From the human T2T-CHM13v2.0 reference genome, Homo sapiens, in the NCBI RefSeq assembly GCF_009914755.1, contig NC_060944.1: a stretch of 64,000 bases of DNA; one strand, written 5' to 3'. The notes beneath the pieces were generated by a model. It saw only the letters and a program-made list of their open reading frames with translations. It was not told where the DNA came from and searched no databases. Shown piece after piece: positions 13,341 through 26,901 of the stretch. A program made the translations under genes and the position numbers. How positions within the stretch are numbered: the stretch's first letter is position 1; every line of letters starts with the position of its first letter.

Positions 13341-14298
13341 TATAGTGGCTGACCTCCAAGATGGCTCCCCAAAAACCCCACCTCTTAGTCTTTATGGCCT
13401 CCTGTGGTTTCCTTCCATATCAAACAAGGCTGATTTCTATAACCAAAAGGATGTCGAGAAAATCATCGCATGTGAATTCCAAAGCTAGGTTATAAAGCTC
13501 ATTGCAGCTTCCATCTGGCTCCCTTGGAATCCGTGGCTCTGAGGGGAGCCAGCTACCATGTTGTGAGGATGCTCATGCAGCACCACGAAGAGGACCAGGT
13601 GGTGAGGAACAAAGACTTCTGGCCAACAGCTAGCACCATGTTGCCAGTCAAGTGAGTGCACATCGTGGAAGCAGGTCCTCTAGCCTCGTCCAGCCCTCAG
13701 ATGACGGTAGCCCTGATGGCACCTGGACTGCAACCTCATGAATGACCCCACACCAGAACTGACCAGCTAAGCCTCCCAAATATCTGGCTCACAGAAACTA
13801 TGAAATAGTGAATGTTTTTTGTTTTAAGTTTTGAGGGTTATTTTTTGAACAGCAATGTATTAGTCCGTTCTCACATTGCTATAAAGAACTACCTGAGACT
13901 GGGTAGTTTATACAGAAAAGAAGTTCAATTGATTCACAGTTCTACAGGCTATACAAGAGCCATTGCTGGGGAGGTCTCAGAAACTTACAATCATGGTGGA
14001 AGGTGAAGGGGAAGCAATTGCCTTCTTCATAAGGCCGCGGGAGAGAGAGTTAAGAGGGATGTGCTACACCCTTTAAACAACCAGACCTCATGAGAACCCA
14101 TTCACTATCATGAGAACAGCAAGCCGGGGGAGGTCTGCCCCCATAGTTCAATCACCTCCCACCAGGCCCCTCCTCTAACATGTGGGGATTACAGTTTGAC
14201 ATGAGATTTGAAGGGGAAAACAAAGCCAAACCATATCAAGCAATATATTAATATATTTTCTGAGGTAATTTGTTACACAGTAATTGATAACTAATACA
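13341..14298 (+). mobile_element. MLT1F/E-like MaLR LTR interrupted by MSTA
   Basis: cctccaagatggctcccc...gccagctaccatgttgtgagg...tgttacacagtaattgataactaataca. Confidence 0.8.
13856..14238 (-). mobile_element. MSTA-type MaLR solo LTR
   Basis: tgtattagtccgttctcacattgctataaagaactacctgagactggg...caaaccatatca; perfect 5 bp TSD agcaa (13851-13855 and 14239-14243). Confidence 0.92.
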
Positions 14299-14643
14299 AT
14301 GAGAATAGTTTTATTATAAAATAATATTATTATTATAAATAATTAATAAAAATATATTTTGTTGGATAATATAGTTAATTGAATATACCCCCAACATCAT
14401 GGTAATTTTGAATTTTAGCTGTATGTGTTTTAATTTAATAAAACTATGCTGATAACTCTCAGTCTCCTTGGTTCCTCCATTGCGAAAAAGGATATAGTTC
14501 TAATAAAGACAGCAGGTAAAGGAGATTTTCCTTTAATAAACATTTTCAATAGGAAAATTCTCTATCACAGGATATTAAAAGAATTGTCCTGTTCTGATTT
14601 TCTCTTTTATCCTAAATATTTGAACACGCCTAGAAGGTGCAAA

Positions 14644-14675
<32 letters not shown>

Positions 14676-15773
14676 ACTGTCAGTTTTGAAAGGCATACAA
14701 GATAGAGGATCGTTTATTGTCACTAGAGGGTTAAAATGACCATTTTATATCCAAGAGACAAAAGAATTTATCCCACGTTATGCTGCCCTATGTAGAAGAC
14801 TGTGAGAGTAAGAATTATCCAGTAACTGCAGCCAATGAGAGACTTCTGTCTTGACTGGCTCTGGAGGATATGCCTTTGTGCTTTGCATAGCAGAGTTGGA
14901 GAAAATGGGCTTACCCCTTGTAATGCCACACAGCCAAGGTGCTGGAACATTCATAAATGACTTAGGGGAAACGGAGCTAAGGAGATGCCGGACTTACCAT
15001 GGTTAAGACTTGTGTGAATTAAGTGGTTTTCATCTAAACGTACTTAGACTTTTTGAGGTTTTATTGACTTCACCCCACATAGTACTGCTTCCACTACCCT
15101 TAATCTTATTTCCTACCATATAAAAGCTGATGTTAATACTTCAGCAAGGAGTGCCAGAGAGTAAAATCTCACATGCCCTTGCATTATGCCAAATACTTTT
15201 CCATTTAGAAAATACCTCTTATGTGTAAGAATAAAATCAGAAGGCATATGGAGATTAGACACTGCTAGTAAATTAATTTTCCTGTTGTTGTTAAAAGAAG
15301 CATATCATTTTCCATTTCTACTTTTAAAAGTTTTGTATATTTTAATATTCAATTTATTTGCTTTCATTAATTTTAAGCTTTTGCTGGTTATAAACACTAC
15401 TATAAAGAAGAGAGTAGCATAGAAACCACAGATAGTATGTAAAGGGTTGTAAACAAAAGACAGAGACCAATAGCAGCCTAATGTTTAAGTGACAGGGACT
15501 AAAGTTAATGTTAATGTTAATGTTAAGTGACAGGGATTAAAACAGTTTCATTTTAATCATTTGGAAAGTATATGAGCATTATTATTATGAAATAACATGT
15601 CAGGAAAACAATTTTAAGCCAAATGCTATTTTCCTCCTACATTAAAGAAAAACAACATTTCCAGAATTTCATGTTTAAAAAAAATCCTACACTGTCATAC
15701 CTGCTCTGTGGTCACTTTTCTAGAATCCATTCAGCTTTTAATTTGAAATAAGAAATGATTTGGGGTTGGTGGG

Positions 15774-16491
<718 letters not shown>

Positions 16492-16861
16492 TATAGCAGT
16501 GGGGCTGAAAACTAGAGGAAGAAAAATAGTGGAAGATACTATGAGGCTTGGGCTGTGCTTTGCATGGTTTCCAGCTCCTAGTTCCTCATATAAAACAACA
16601 AGGAGAGTGCTAGACAGAACTTGATCCTGGATAGTAGAGGTGTGCCATCCTTTAATTTGGTAACTGCATAAAAGACTTCCAGTGTTTTCTTGTCCTCCTC
16701 TTTAATAATTTACTTTACTACTTTTTCAGTTACAATTCCTACTGTGTGTTCTTCTACCCGAGTAATACATTTAAAAAAACATTTTCAGGTAAATTATTTT
16801 AACAGAAGAAGAAGAAAAGGACTTTCTATAAAGCAGTGAACTTCACACAATGAAATATCTC

Positions 16862-17668
16862 CCCCTAGTTAAAATGGCTATTACAAAAAAAAAAAAAAAA
16901 AATAGATGCTGGAGAGGATGCCGAGAGAAGGGAACTTTGTAGGAATGTAAATTAGTACAACCACTATGGAAGACAGTACGGAGATTCCTCAAAAAACTAC
17001 GAATAGAACTACCATTTGATCTGGCAATCCTACCACTAGGTATTTATCCAAATGAAAAGTAAAACAGGACATCAAAGGAATACTTGCATTACTATGCTTA
17101 TTGCAGCACTATTCACAATAGCCAAGATATGGCATCAACCTATGTGTCCATCAGAGGATGAATGAATAAAGAAAATGTGGTATATATACACAATAGAATA
17201 CTATTCTACCATAAAAACTAATAAAATCATGTCATGTGCAGCAACAAGTGTCACTGTGTTAAATGAAATGTGCATATTCTCATTTACATGTGGGAGCTAA
17301 AAAAGTTGATCTCATGGAGCCTGAGAGTAGAAGAATAGATATCAGAGGCTAGAAAGGGTTTGTGTGTGTGAGGGAGGGAGGGAAGATGAAGAGAGGTTGA
17401 TTAATAGGATACAAACATTCAGATAGAAGTAATGAGTTCTAATGTTCAATAGCAGAGGAGGGTGACTATAATTAACAACAATATATTGTATACTTCAAAA
17501 TAGCTAGAAGAGAGGACTTGAAATGTTCGCAACACATAGAAATGATAAATACTTGAAGTGATGGACACCCCAAATATGCTGACTTGATTTCTACACAGTC
17601 TATGCATGTAACAAACATCACATGCACACTTAAATATATGCAAATACAATGCATCAGTAAAAAAAGCA
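16862..17668 (+). mobile_element. L1MA-type 3' end
   Basis: gttaaaatggctatta...gtacaaccactatggaa...aaatagctagaagagaggacttgaaatgttc, ending in an A tail. Confidence 0.9.
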
Positions 17669-18025
17669 GGGGGCTTCCTTGGAATCTGACCACAGCCTTG
17701 ATGAAAAGTGTTCTTAAACACATCAATAACAAAAGAAAGGAACCAACGTTAAGTAAATGCCCACATCATCTCAGGTACCTCCTCTGTGTTTTCTCATTTA
17801 ATCCTTATTAAATGGAGAATTCTTGAGGAATCACTGAGTTAGAGGTCAGAAAATAGAAATTTAAATATCAACAAATAAGTAGTGGATGAATGGCCTTGTG
17901 TATGACTCAAAAGTTCATTTCCTTTAAAGTGTTTTCTTGTACTCATGAGTATTTTTACTATTTCTTATATGTCTGAAAAATTCTTACTCCCTTAAACCCT
18001 GCTGAAAAGTCACCTGTCCTGTGAC

Positions 18026-18335
18026 TTTTTATTTTATTTTATTTTCTATTTTTTATTTTTTTGGAGATGAGCCTCACTCTGTCACCCAGTTTGGAGTTTG
18101 GAGTGCAGTGGTGTGATCCAGGCTGCAACCTCTGCCTCCCAGGTTCAAGCAATTCTCCTGCTCAGCCTCTCAAGTAGCTGGGATTACAGGCATATGCCAC
18201 CACGCCCAGCTAATTTTTGTATTTTTAGTAGAGACATGTTGGCCAGGCTGGTCTCGAACTCCTGGCCTCAGGTGATCCACCCACATCTGCCTCCGCAAGT
18301 GCTGGGATTACAGGCGTGAGCCACAGCACTCGGCT
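18026..18335 (-). mobile_element. AluSx-type with small internal deletions
   Basis: Antisense Alu; TSD tgtcctgtgac at 18015-18025 and 18335-18345. Confidence 0.94.
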
Positions 18336-18345
18336 GTCCTGTGAC

Positions 18346-18535
18346 ATTCTGAGTCCTCTAAGAATATTGCCATCTTGGCACCTAGAAAAGTTATTGCCAT
18401 AACCCGATCACATTTCAGTCTCTTACCAAGATTGTGAGCTCCTGAAAGGGAGGGGTGGTATCTTCTTTGTCTTTTTATGCCTAAGACCTAAGAAGTTTGG
18501 TCCATAATAAGAACACAATAAATGTTGAATGAATA
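18346..18535 (+). mobile_element. L2 3' end
   Basis: agattgtgagctcctgaaagggaggg...cacaataaatgttgaatgaat. Confidence 0.65.
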
Positions 18536-18834
18536 ATCAATCAGTCTGATTGTCTGTCTATCTAGCTAGCTAGTTATATGTATGTGTATATTCTTTCCAA
18601 GGGAGATTCTTTTGTGTTAGTAGGCTCTGATTTGAAAATTAAAATTGACTGTTAAGATACATGCACATCTTGTTAATTATATGATGGTGATGCTCCTTAC
18701 CTAGCTGATATCAGCTGCTCTCGAGAAACATCTGTTTAACCCAGGGGCTTTCAGAATGCAGCAATGACTGTGCTCCACAGAAGGTAGGACCATGTGGGTT
18801 GCCTTATGGAAGACCTGGGGTGGCAGACCATAGA

Positions 18835-19270
18835 CTTCATGGTGAAAACTACCAAATATGACTTTAGCTAACTTAAGTAAAAAAATTCATGTATTTGAAA
18901 TATCTTGGTTCGCTTTAAGAATGAACAAAAGTTCTAGAGAAACAAGTTTCAGAAATGAACAGTAGTCAAGGGTAGCTAGGTGGCTGGCTAAATCATGGAC
19001 TCCTATTAGGGCACCATTGCAGACTACCGGACACTTCTCAGGGAACTTTGGCCCCCACTCCCACAGCAGCCATGGTCTGGGTCTTTCAATATCCTGGAAG
19101 GGATCATCCCATTGTCCCAAACTAGGCCACGTGATCATGCCCTGCGTGCCAGGGAGTGAGGAAAGAGAATGTCTGTGAGGAAAGAGAATGTCTGCTCCTT
19201 TTATCTTCCATGACTGAAACTAGGCTTTGCATTATACTTATTTGGGGATAATCCCTAAATGGAAAGAGTA
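18835..19270 (-). mobile_element. Old MLT1-type LTR containing a 19 bp tandem duplication (19156-19193)
   Basis: gctaacttaagtaaaaaaa...cattgtcccaaactaggccacgtg...; (gtgaggaaagagaatgtct)x2. Confidence 0.5.
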
Positions 19271-20899
19271 TTTGCTTACTAATAACCACTGACAAATAAT
19301 AGTTATACTAGATTGATTGCATTGATGACTTAAGGCCCTCCACTACCCTGGTGCTGAATTCTGGGGGGAATGTCTACTGTCTCTTACCCCTTGTTTCTAT
19401 TCCTACAGTGCTATTTGGCCATCCATTATTTCTGTTCTAGGAATTGGCAATGATCTGCTATTGGCTTCTTGCTCCTACCCTCAAATCATAATTCATATGT
19501 TGTCTCATTTTATTCTGTAGCTTTCTTGGTTCTCCTTTTTCACAAGTGTATTCTCATCCCCATTCCGATCCCCACTCCTGATATGACTTTAAATGTTGAC
19601 TTTTGATTAATAGTCAAGAGAATTAACACATTGATTTGGAATTTTAAGCAAGATTGGAGATTGCTTACATCTTTGAAATTATATCACAAACTTTTCTAAC
19701 CATTCTTCAATTTGAGTGTATATCAAAATCAGTGGTGGCGGGGGATGTGGTATGCTAAAACACACATTGCTAAGCGCTGCAAACAAAAATAGAGCTACCT
19801 TTTCTGAGGAGTTACACATTTCAAAGCAGGTAATTATTTTATTTATGAAAATGGATTAATTTCAAAAAGATTTTTATAACTTCTAATTACATTAATCTGT
19901 TTCAAATAAAACAAACTAATAAAGTATATAGAACAACAGTGTGTACATTATGATAGGTATCAAATGTGTGTGAATTCTTCCCCTTGTCCCCTACAAAACC
20001 ACCCTCTCACAGGAAAGATTCAATAAACTTTTAATAATCTAAATTAAGTAGCCCATTCTAAGGAAGCATTTAGTTTCTTGTTGTCTGACAAAACTGTGAC
20101 AAATAGAGAATGTGGAACTTTAAGATCTGTTATGGAAAGGAAAAAATTAACAGCAGGACTGAGACATCCAGAAGTAATGAATTCAGTCCAATCTTTATGT
20201 GAATATGGTAATGACCTAAAGACAAGGCCCCCTGGTAAACATAGTAATGGTGTTGATAGGTGGAATTATACCAGGGGGTCCTGACCTATAAATTTTTTAA
20301 TGGGATATGTCTGGTTTCTCTTGATTATTTATCATAACACAAAATTGGAATTTATGTATTTGTAGGTCATGAATGGCTGAAAAATGAAGGGTCATACCAT
20401 AAACTGTAACTGAGAGAATATAAAATGGACTGTTCTAATGTAGGACTGGATCTCTTTGTGTGAAGTTTCTCTATACACATTGCTTAGGAAGAAACTTGCC
20501 TGAAACAAATATTCAATTAAATGAAAAAGAAAAATAGCCTTTTGGGATCTGTGCCTCACTTTGTCAGATTCCTCCAAGAAATTCACATTTCACTTGTGCC
20601 TGTTGATTTTCTGTTTCCTTGGAATTATTAGTGCTGTTTAATATTGGGTAGGATCTATAACTCTGTGAGTCTCCTTTGACAATTCAACTTTTTGTGTTTA
20701 AAAAACTCGGATGTGGGCGCTGGGGTATGGACAGGGAATTGTGCAAACACTGATGTCAACTGAAACATTCCAGAAAAGATGCCCCCTGAGAAATCATGTG
20801 GATATATCCAGAGGAATTTTTACCTATATCCTTCAATCCCTACGGATTAATAAGGGCTAGGGGCCTTTGGGTATAGCTTTTAAATGGGTATTTAAGCCA

Positions 20900-21800
20900 A
20901 AAGAACAAGAATTGCAATGAAAATGCCTAGAATGAGTGAAGAAGAGATCCCAGAAAACACCAGTTATTTAACTGCCAGGGAAAAGAAGACAGTTCAGCTA
21001 GAAAATACAAAATAATGATTATTAGAGGAGAAGCAGTAGCATGTGATATCTTGGAAGCCATTCAGGAGCTTTAAGTGTGAAGGGTTAGCTACAAAGTCAA
21101 ATGTCACAGCAGGTCAAGAAAGATATAATCATGATGATAATATTAATAAAAAATAGGGAGCACCTACTCCATAAATTATTGCTAATTATTGCACCTACTA
21201 ATTAAGCACCTACTCCATAAATTATTGCATACCTTCCAAGCTAGTCATTATTATCACTGTTTTACAAAAGAAGAAACCGAGGCTAGGAAGGTTAACTAAC
21301 TAGCCCAAGATTACACCATCTACTACTACTTGTTTGAGTGAGGATGCTGACCTAACATTCTGATTTGAAGCTCTGCTTCTGTCTTCTGGTCAGGAATAGC
21401 TGAAATGCTAGATCTACTGGGTCTGGAGAATGGGAGGTATTTTCACCCACAGGATGGCAGTTACAGTGAAACAATGGAGGCAGGAGGCAGTGGGTCAGTG
21501 GGTGGACAGATGGAAAGGAAAGAGTAGCTATGAGGATTCCACATTCTGGAGACGCTGAGCTGTGAAAAGAAAGAGAAGGGTGGTGACTGGGGGAGGATGC
21601 AACATTAAGGGAGGGTTTTTTTTAGGTTAGAGAAGAATGGAATAAGTTTATAGATGAAGAGGAAGGAACCAACACAGAGGATTGGTGGAAGTTACAGAAG
21701 AGAAAAGGAATCAATGAAGGAAGTGACTGAAATAGGTAAGAGAGATAGGGGTAAGATAACAGGGAGAAGTTTTAGTCTTGGATGGGAGAAGCAATGCTTC
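20900..21800 (-). mobile_element. L2 relic with an inserted MIR (about 21150-21380)
   Basis: tggaagcca...gtcaaatgtcacag...gttacagtgaaacaatggaggcag (L2); attattatcactgttttacaaaagaagaaaccgaggct (MIR). Confidence 0.6.
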
Positions 21801-22489
21801 CTGTCTCGAGAACGGAGGGAGGAAGGTTTTATGGAGGCAAGTGAGGGCAAGGGACTCTTGCTTGATGGCCTCAGTTTTGTTTTTTACTGAGCAGCAAACT
21901 CTGAGGAGTAGCAATGGTTTCAAGAAGTTTGGAGAAGAAGCAGTTCTAAAGCAAATAAAAGAGGTACTGGCCTAAGTGGCACTACAAAATCTGACTTTTT
22001 AATGGTATAAAAGACACACTTGTGCAGTTTTCTTCTGCAGCCTAACTTGGTAGAAACCCGAGTAAGGACAAAACATTTTCTCCACTTGCCTTTGATCCTG
22101 CCTCAATCCCTAAGATGAATTTCAGCCATTTGGAAGCATTGGGAGAAATTTTCTGCCTGTCTCTCTGTTTCTCACTTACTCTGACAGATGACATCTGCTT
22201 AGCAAAAAGCTCATCGTTATGTGCAGTCCAGACCCTCTTGATGATGTCTTTTGGGACCAGTGCCTTTGAGAGCCTTGGATGTTTTCTCTGCTGCTGCCCC
22301 TGTATGGTAACTCAGCAGGGCCTCCCGATCCCTATTATAGGAAAGGCAGCAATTTCTGGCTGCTTTGCCCATGACACGTGGATGGGTTCCTCTCAGGCTG
22401 GGAGTCAGTCCCCGATTTTGGTCACAGAGTCATTCCACACTGTCAGATCTGGACATATAAGAAATCACCCTTATCTGATCTAGTATCTA

Positions 22490-23125
22490 ATTATTCTAAT
22501 TTTAAAATTAAGGCAAAGTTACATACAGTGAAATGCACAGATCTTAGCAACAGATTTTGGAAAAGACATACACCCAAGTATCCTGCAATTCTATCCAGAT
22601 ATAGAACATTTCCATCCCTTCATAAAGTTCCTTCTTGCCTTCCCTCACCTCCAGAAACAATCAGTGTTCAGATTCACTCATCATAGATTAGTTTAGCCTG
22701 GTCTAGAACTTGATAGAAATGTGTCTATCAGTACAGACCCTGTTGTGTAAGGCTGCTTTCACTGTACTTGATTTTTACATTCATCTATTTTGTCATGCAA
22801 ATCAATATTTTGTTCATTTTTATTGCTAAGTAGCATACTACTATATGATTATATATTTATGCATTCTATTGATGGACATTTGGGTTGTTTCATGGTGGGG
22901 TTTCATGAATAAGGCTGCTATGAATAAATGTGTACAAGTACTTTTCTGGGCATATGTTTTTATTTTCCTTGGAATTACTGGGTAGTTTATAACAAACTGT
23001 CAAATCTTTTTCCAAAACGCACCTTTTTACACTCCAACCAGCAATTATAAGAGTTCTAGTGCTTTTATATCCTTGCCAAAGTTGTTGTCAGTTATTTTAA
23101 TTTTATATGCTAGTGGGTATGTATC
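22490..23125 (-). mobile_element. L1ME/MB-type 3' end
   Basis: tacatacagtgaaatgcacagatctta...atccagatatagaacatttcc...gatggacatttgggttg. Confidence 0.8.
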
Positions 23126-23905
23126 TAGCTCTTGGTGACCAAAGTTTATCTGCCAGTAGGCTCCTTGAGAAGAGCTTTTCAGAACAATATCTATTAATTA
23201 TTGCACATTCAAAACATGTTTTACTCTTTTTTCTTGAGAGGCAGTTTGAGTTGTTGGATTAGCTATAGCACTAAAATTAATGGATACGGAACCATTAATG
23301 GAAATAATGTCAAAGAAGGATGATCTGGGGTGGCAAATGGCCACAGACCTTTCAGGGAGCAACCAAGAGGAGTAGTCCTGCTGTTTGCAAGGTAGGGCTG
23401 CCATTCTTTATGGATAGCATCCTGGGATAATATGATAGGTGGATTATTAAAGTGGCTCCAAATCTCACCATCCCCTTTGTAATGTAAACTTGAAGTCTTT
23501 TCCAAAAAGAGGTGGAGATTTTTTTGACTTAGCCCCATAATGCAACAGAAGTGATCAAGTGCCGGGTTCTGAGACTAAAATTTAGAAGGCCTGGTACATT
23601 TTAGTTTGCTCTCTCAGTTCTGCCTCTGCTGTGTGAACAAGCTCAAGCTAGTTGTCATCCCATCTCTAAGAAATAGCCAGACCAAATCCCAGGCAGACCA
23701 ATGAGCCATCCTTGAGAAATCTAGCCCTCTTCTTACCCACAAGCTGACCACAGACATATGATTGGCCCAAGATCAACCTACCCATAAATTTATCAGAAAT
23801 AATTACATGGCTGTTGCTGTAAGCCAGGCATTAGCAAACCTCAGCCCATGGGCCAAATCTGGCCTGCTGCCTCTTTTTGTAAAGGAAGTTTTATAGAAAC
23901 ACAGC

Positions 23906-24520
23906 TATCTTCACCTGAACCTGCTGCTATAACAAAATACCATAGACTGGGTGGCTTAAACAACAGACATTTACATTTCACAGTTTTGAAGGCTGGAAAG
24001 TCCAAGGCACCAGCAGATCTCATGTCTGGTGAGAGCTGTTTTGTTTTCTTCAGAGATGGTGCCTTATTGCTGCATCCTGACATGGTAGAAGAGGTGAATG
24101 CTGTATCTTCACATGGTGGAAGGGATGGAAGAGATGGAAAGGATGAACTTGGTCCCTCAAGCCCTTTTATAAGGCATTAATACTATTGTACATATATTTG
24201 GGATACATGTGATATTTTGATACTGATATACAATATGTAATGATCAAATCAGCTTAATGGGATATCCATCACCTCAAACATTTCTCTTTGTGTTTGGAAC
24301 ACTGAAATTCTTCTCTTCTAGCTATTTTGAAATATACAATAGATTATTATTAACTACAATTTCCCAACTGTATGATCAAATACTAGAACTCATTTCTTTT
24401 ATTTAACTGTATTTTTGTACCCGTTACCCACCTCTTAACACTATTGCACTGGGGACTAAGTTTCAACATGAATGTTGAACTTCATACCATAACATTCATA
24501 CAAACATTCATACCATAGCA
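23906..24520 (-). mobile_element. MSTC/MSTD-like MaLR LTR containing an L1 3' fragment
   Basis: gctgctataacaaaataccatagactgggtggcttaaacaacag...aagtttcaacatgaat...cattcataccatagca. Confidence 0.8.
24185..24427 (-). mobile_element. L1MA-type 3' end fragment
   Basis: ttgtacatatatttgggatacatgtgatattttgatac...tgtaatgatcaaatcag...tttttgtacccgtta. Confidence 0.85.
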
Positions 24521-26738
24521 AAAGATAAACTCATTTGTTTGCATATTGACTATGGCTTCTCTCATGCTATAATGGCAGCGTTAACTGTAACTATAGTTGA
24601 GACAAGTAGTTGCAATTGAGACCGACCTGTGAAGCCTGAAATATTTACTTTCTAGCACTCACAGAAAAGTTTTTTGACCCCTTGTTAAGTCACTGAGCGT
24701 TTGGGTGGTTTGTTACCCAGCAATAGCTAACTGATACACATGGTAATTGTCAGATAAATACAGAGAGGACTTTGAATAGTTTCCACTAAAATAGAATTCA
24801 TTTGTTTGTTCCTTTATTATATAGACATTGATGGTCTAAAGTTTTGCCATACACAACACAGATATAGCTCTTACCTGACTGAGCTTACTGTTCAGTAGGG
24901 AAACAAATTTAAAAAGCAATCAGGGTATAATTAAATAGGTGGATGAAGTCACAGGGAGACTAGGTGACTTAGCCATTCATGGACATGGTAGCAGCAGCAG
25001 CTGGTATGGATGAGGGGATGTTGTAGGCATTGAGGAGCATAGTTTTTGTGAAGGTAGAATGGACAAGTCTAAGGCAAGTCTAAGCCATTATCTTGGTTCG
25101 GGAAAGTGTGTAGAAATCTCTCTCAGGGAGTACATTAAGGAGATGAAAGTGTCTGTATCCTTATGTGGTGGTAGTTACACAATCTATACAGTATTAAAAC
25201 TCATAGAAGTATACACCAGGAAGAGAGCCAATTTTACTGTATGTTAATTTAAAAAATCTATGCCAAGTATAGGCAATAAAATACTTCAAAATTTGATGAG
25301 AAAGTGAAGCTCATTATTATTTTAGAGGTAAAGTAGTTATAACCTTACTTTCCCTGATTAACTTATTAATTTCTAGGGGGATCTACAGCAAATTCAGAAT
25401 TTAGTGCAAAGCTATCAGAGCTCCAAAAAAATCATTGATATCGAGTCCACTGAGAGAAAGCAAAAAGTTTCATGAAACCTTGAAGTGTTCTATGTACCTA
25501 TATGTGGACCACACATGAGCTGTATGTGGTTATAAAAATACCCCAGCTATCCCAGCTTCTCAGCTCCATGACAGACATTGTTCTCACTTCTAATTCTGGA
25601 GCACCACCACTGTCTTTGGCCACACCTACATACACACATTTTCAGAAGGTAATTTATTCTGTCCAAGCCGACAACTTGAGGTTCCACAATCTCTGCTGCT
25701 CTCACACTCCCTTGAACAAAGACACAATTATTCACATTTGATAAAGTCTTCACTTATGCCTCCTGATCCACTTCTGGGCAGTATTTTTTAACAAGTTTTA
25801 TGTTTTCAGCATACAAAAAGACATTTATTTCCTTAGGATCTTTTCCTATAAGCAAGCTATGCTACTCCCAGGTACCAGTGAGTGCTTCAACTGGCAGTGT
25901 TTTGGAATTTAAACCAGAGGTGTCTAAGGGGTTGTGAGGTTGCTAAAAACAATCCACTGGGTGCCAGAAGAAAATATAGGAAACAAAAATATTTCATATG
26001 CCCACTTGCACTGGTTCCCTCTCTTGGTTTAGATGTCATATACCCAAAGGAAGGTCAGGTGTCACACATGTACCCAAAGTACCCCAAGGAAAAAGAGTGA
26101 AATGCTACATTGCTGAGGAATTGGCAATAGCGCCCCTGCTGGACTTCCATGTGTCAAGACAGATTTGAGCTTACAGGTGCTAGTTTAAGTGATTTATAGA
26201 TGATCTTGTTTTAACAAAATAAAACCATGTAAAATGGACAAGTGGCTTATAGAGTTTCCCTTCAGAGAAAATTGGATTGAAGGCAATGCTAGTAAAGCAA
26301 ACAGAAGCCATCAACAAGGACCTGGCATTTCTCCTATTCTTAATGAAGGACTGTTCTCCAAAAGACAGGCTCCTCCCAGGGAGTGTGTGTTCATGAACAG
26401 GGCTGGGGGCTGATGCTGTCAGATAAAAGGCTTTCTTTGTTTACAACATGAGGACCATGTGGAAAAGTGAATGCCAAAGTTGCCAGAAGGGAATGCTGCA
26501 GTTCTCAGAAAAAGTAAGGGATATTAGGCAAACAAACAATAGCTGTTCCTAATGAAATTCTCTTAGATTGGCACAGTTTAAATGTTCAAATCACTTTGGT
26601 ATCAGATCGGTTTGGATCTTTTGTTATCCTGGAATCACTTGAAAGCTTGTGTGCATTTACTGTTTTGCTATTTGTGCTAATTTTTATGTTTTATTTCTCC
26701 TCATATTAACTTCTTGAAAGCAGAAGTGTATTGTATAG

Positions 26739-26901
26739 CAGTGTTTCTCAAACTGAGATCACACAAATCACAAAGGGATCCTGATAAAATGCAGATTCCT
26801 ATTCAACAGATCGGGGGGTGGCACCTGAGAATCTGCATTTCTGACAACCTATCAGGTGATGCCAATGCTGCTGGTCCATGGGCCACACTTTGAGTAACAC
26901 T
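26739..26901. mobile_element. MER5A hAT-Charlie MITE
   Basis: TIRs cagtgtttctcaaa / tttgagtaacactg; internal aatgcagattc...gaatctgcattt. Confidence 0.88.

Larger units (their letters stand above)
23826..24684 (+). mobile_element. MER58A-type hAT MITE split by MST and L1 inserts
   Basis: caggcattagcaaac...catgggccaaatctggcctgctgcct...; right part aagcctgaaatatttact...acagaaaagttttttgacccct. Confidence 0.8.
23432..24738 (+). mobile_element. MLT1-type LTR, outer layer of a nest
   Basis: cccctttgtaatgtaaacttg...aaagaggtggagatt; 3' end ttaagtcactgagcgtttgggtggtttgttacccagcaatagctaactgataca. Confidence 0.75.

Noticed and set aside
21159-21228. Repeat-spacer-repeat pattern suggestive of CRISPR
   Set aside because: There are only two units, the spacer derives from the repeat, the context is primate genomic DNA, and no cas genes are present.
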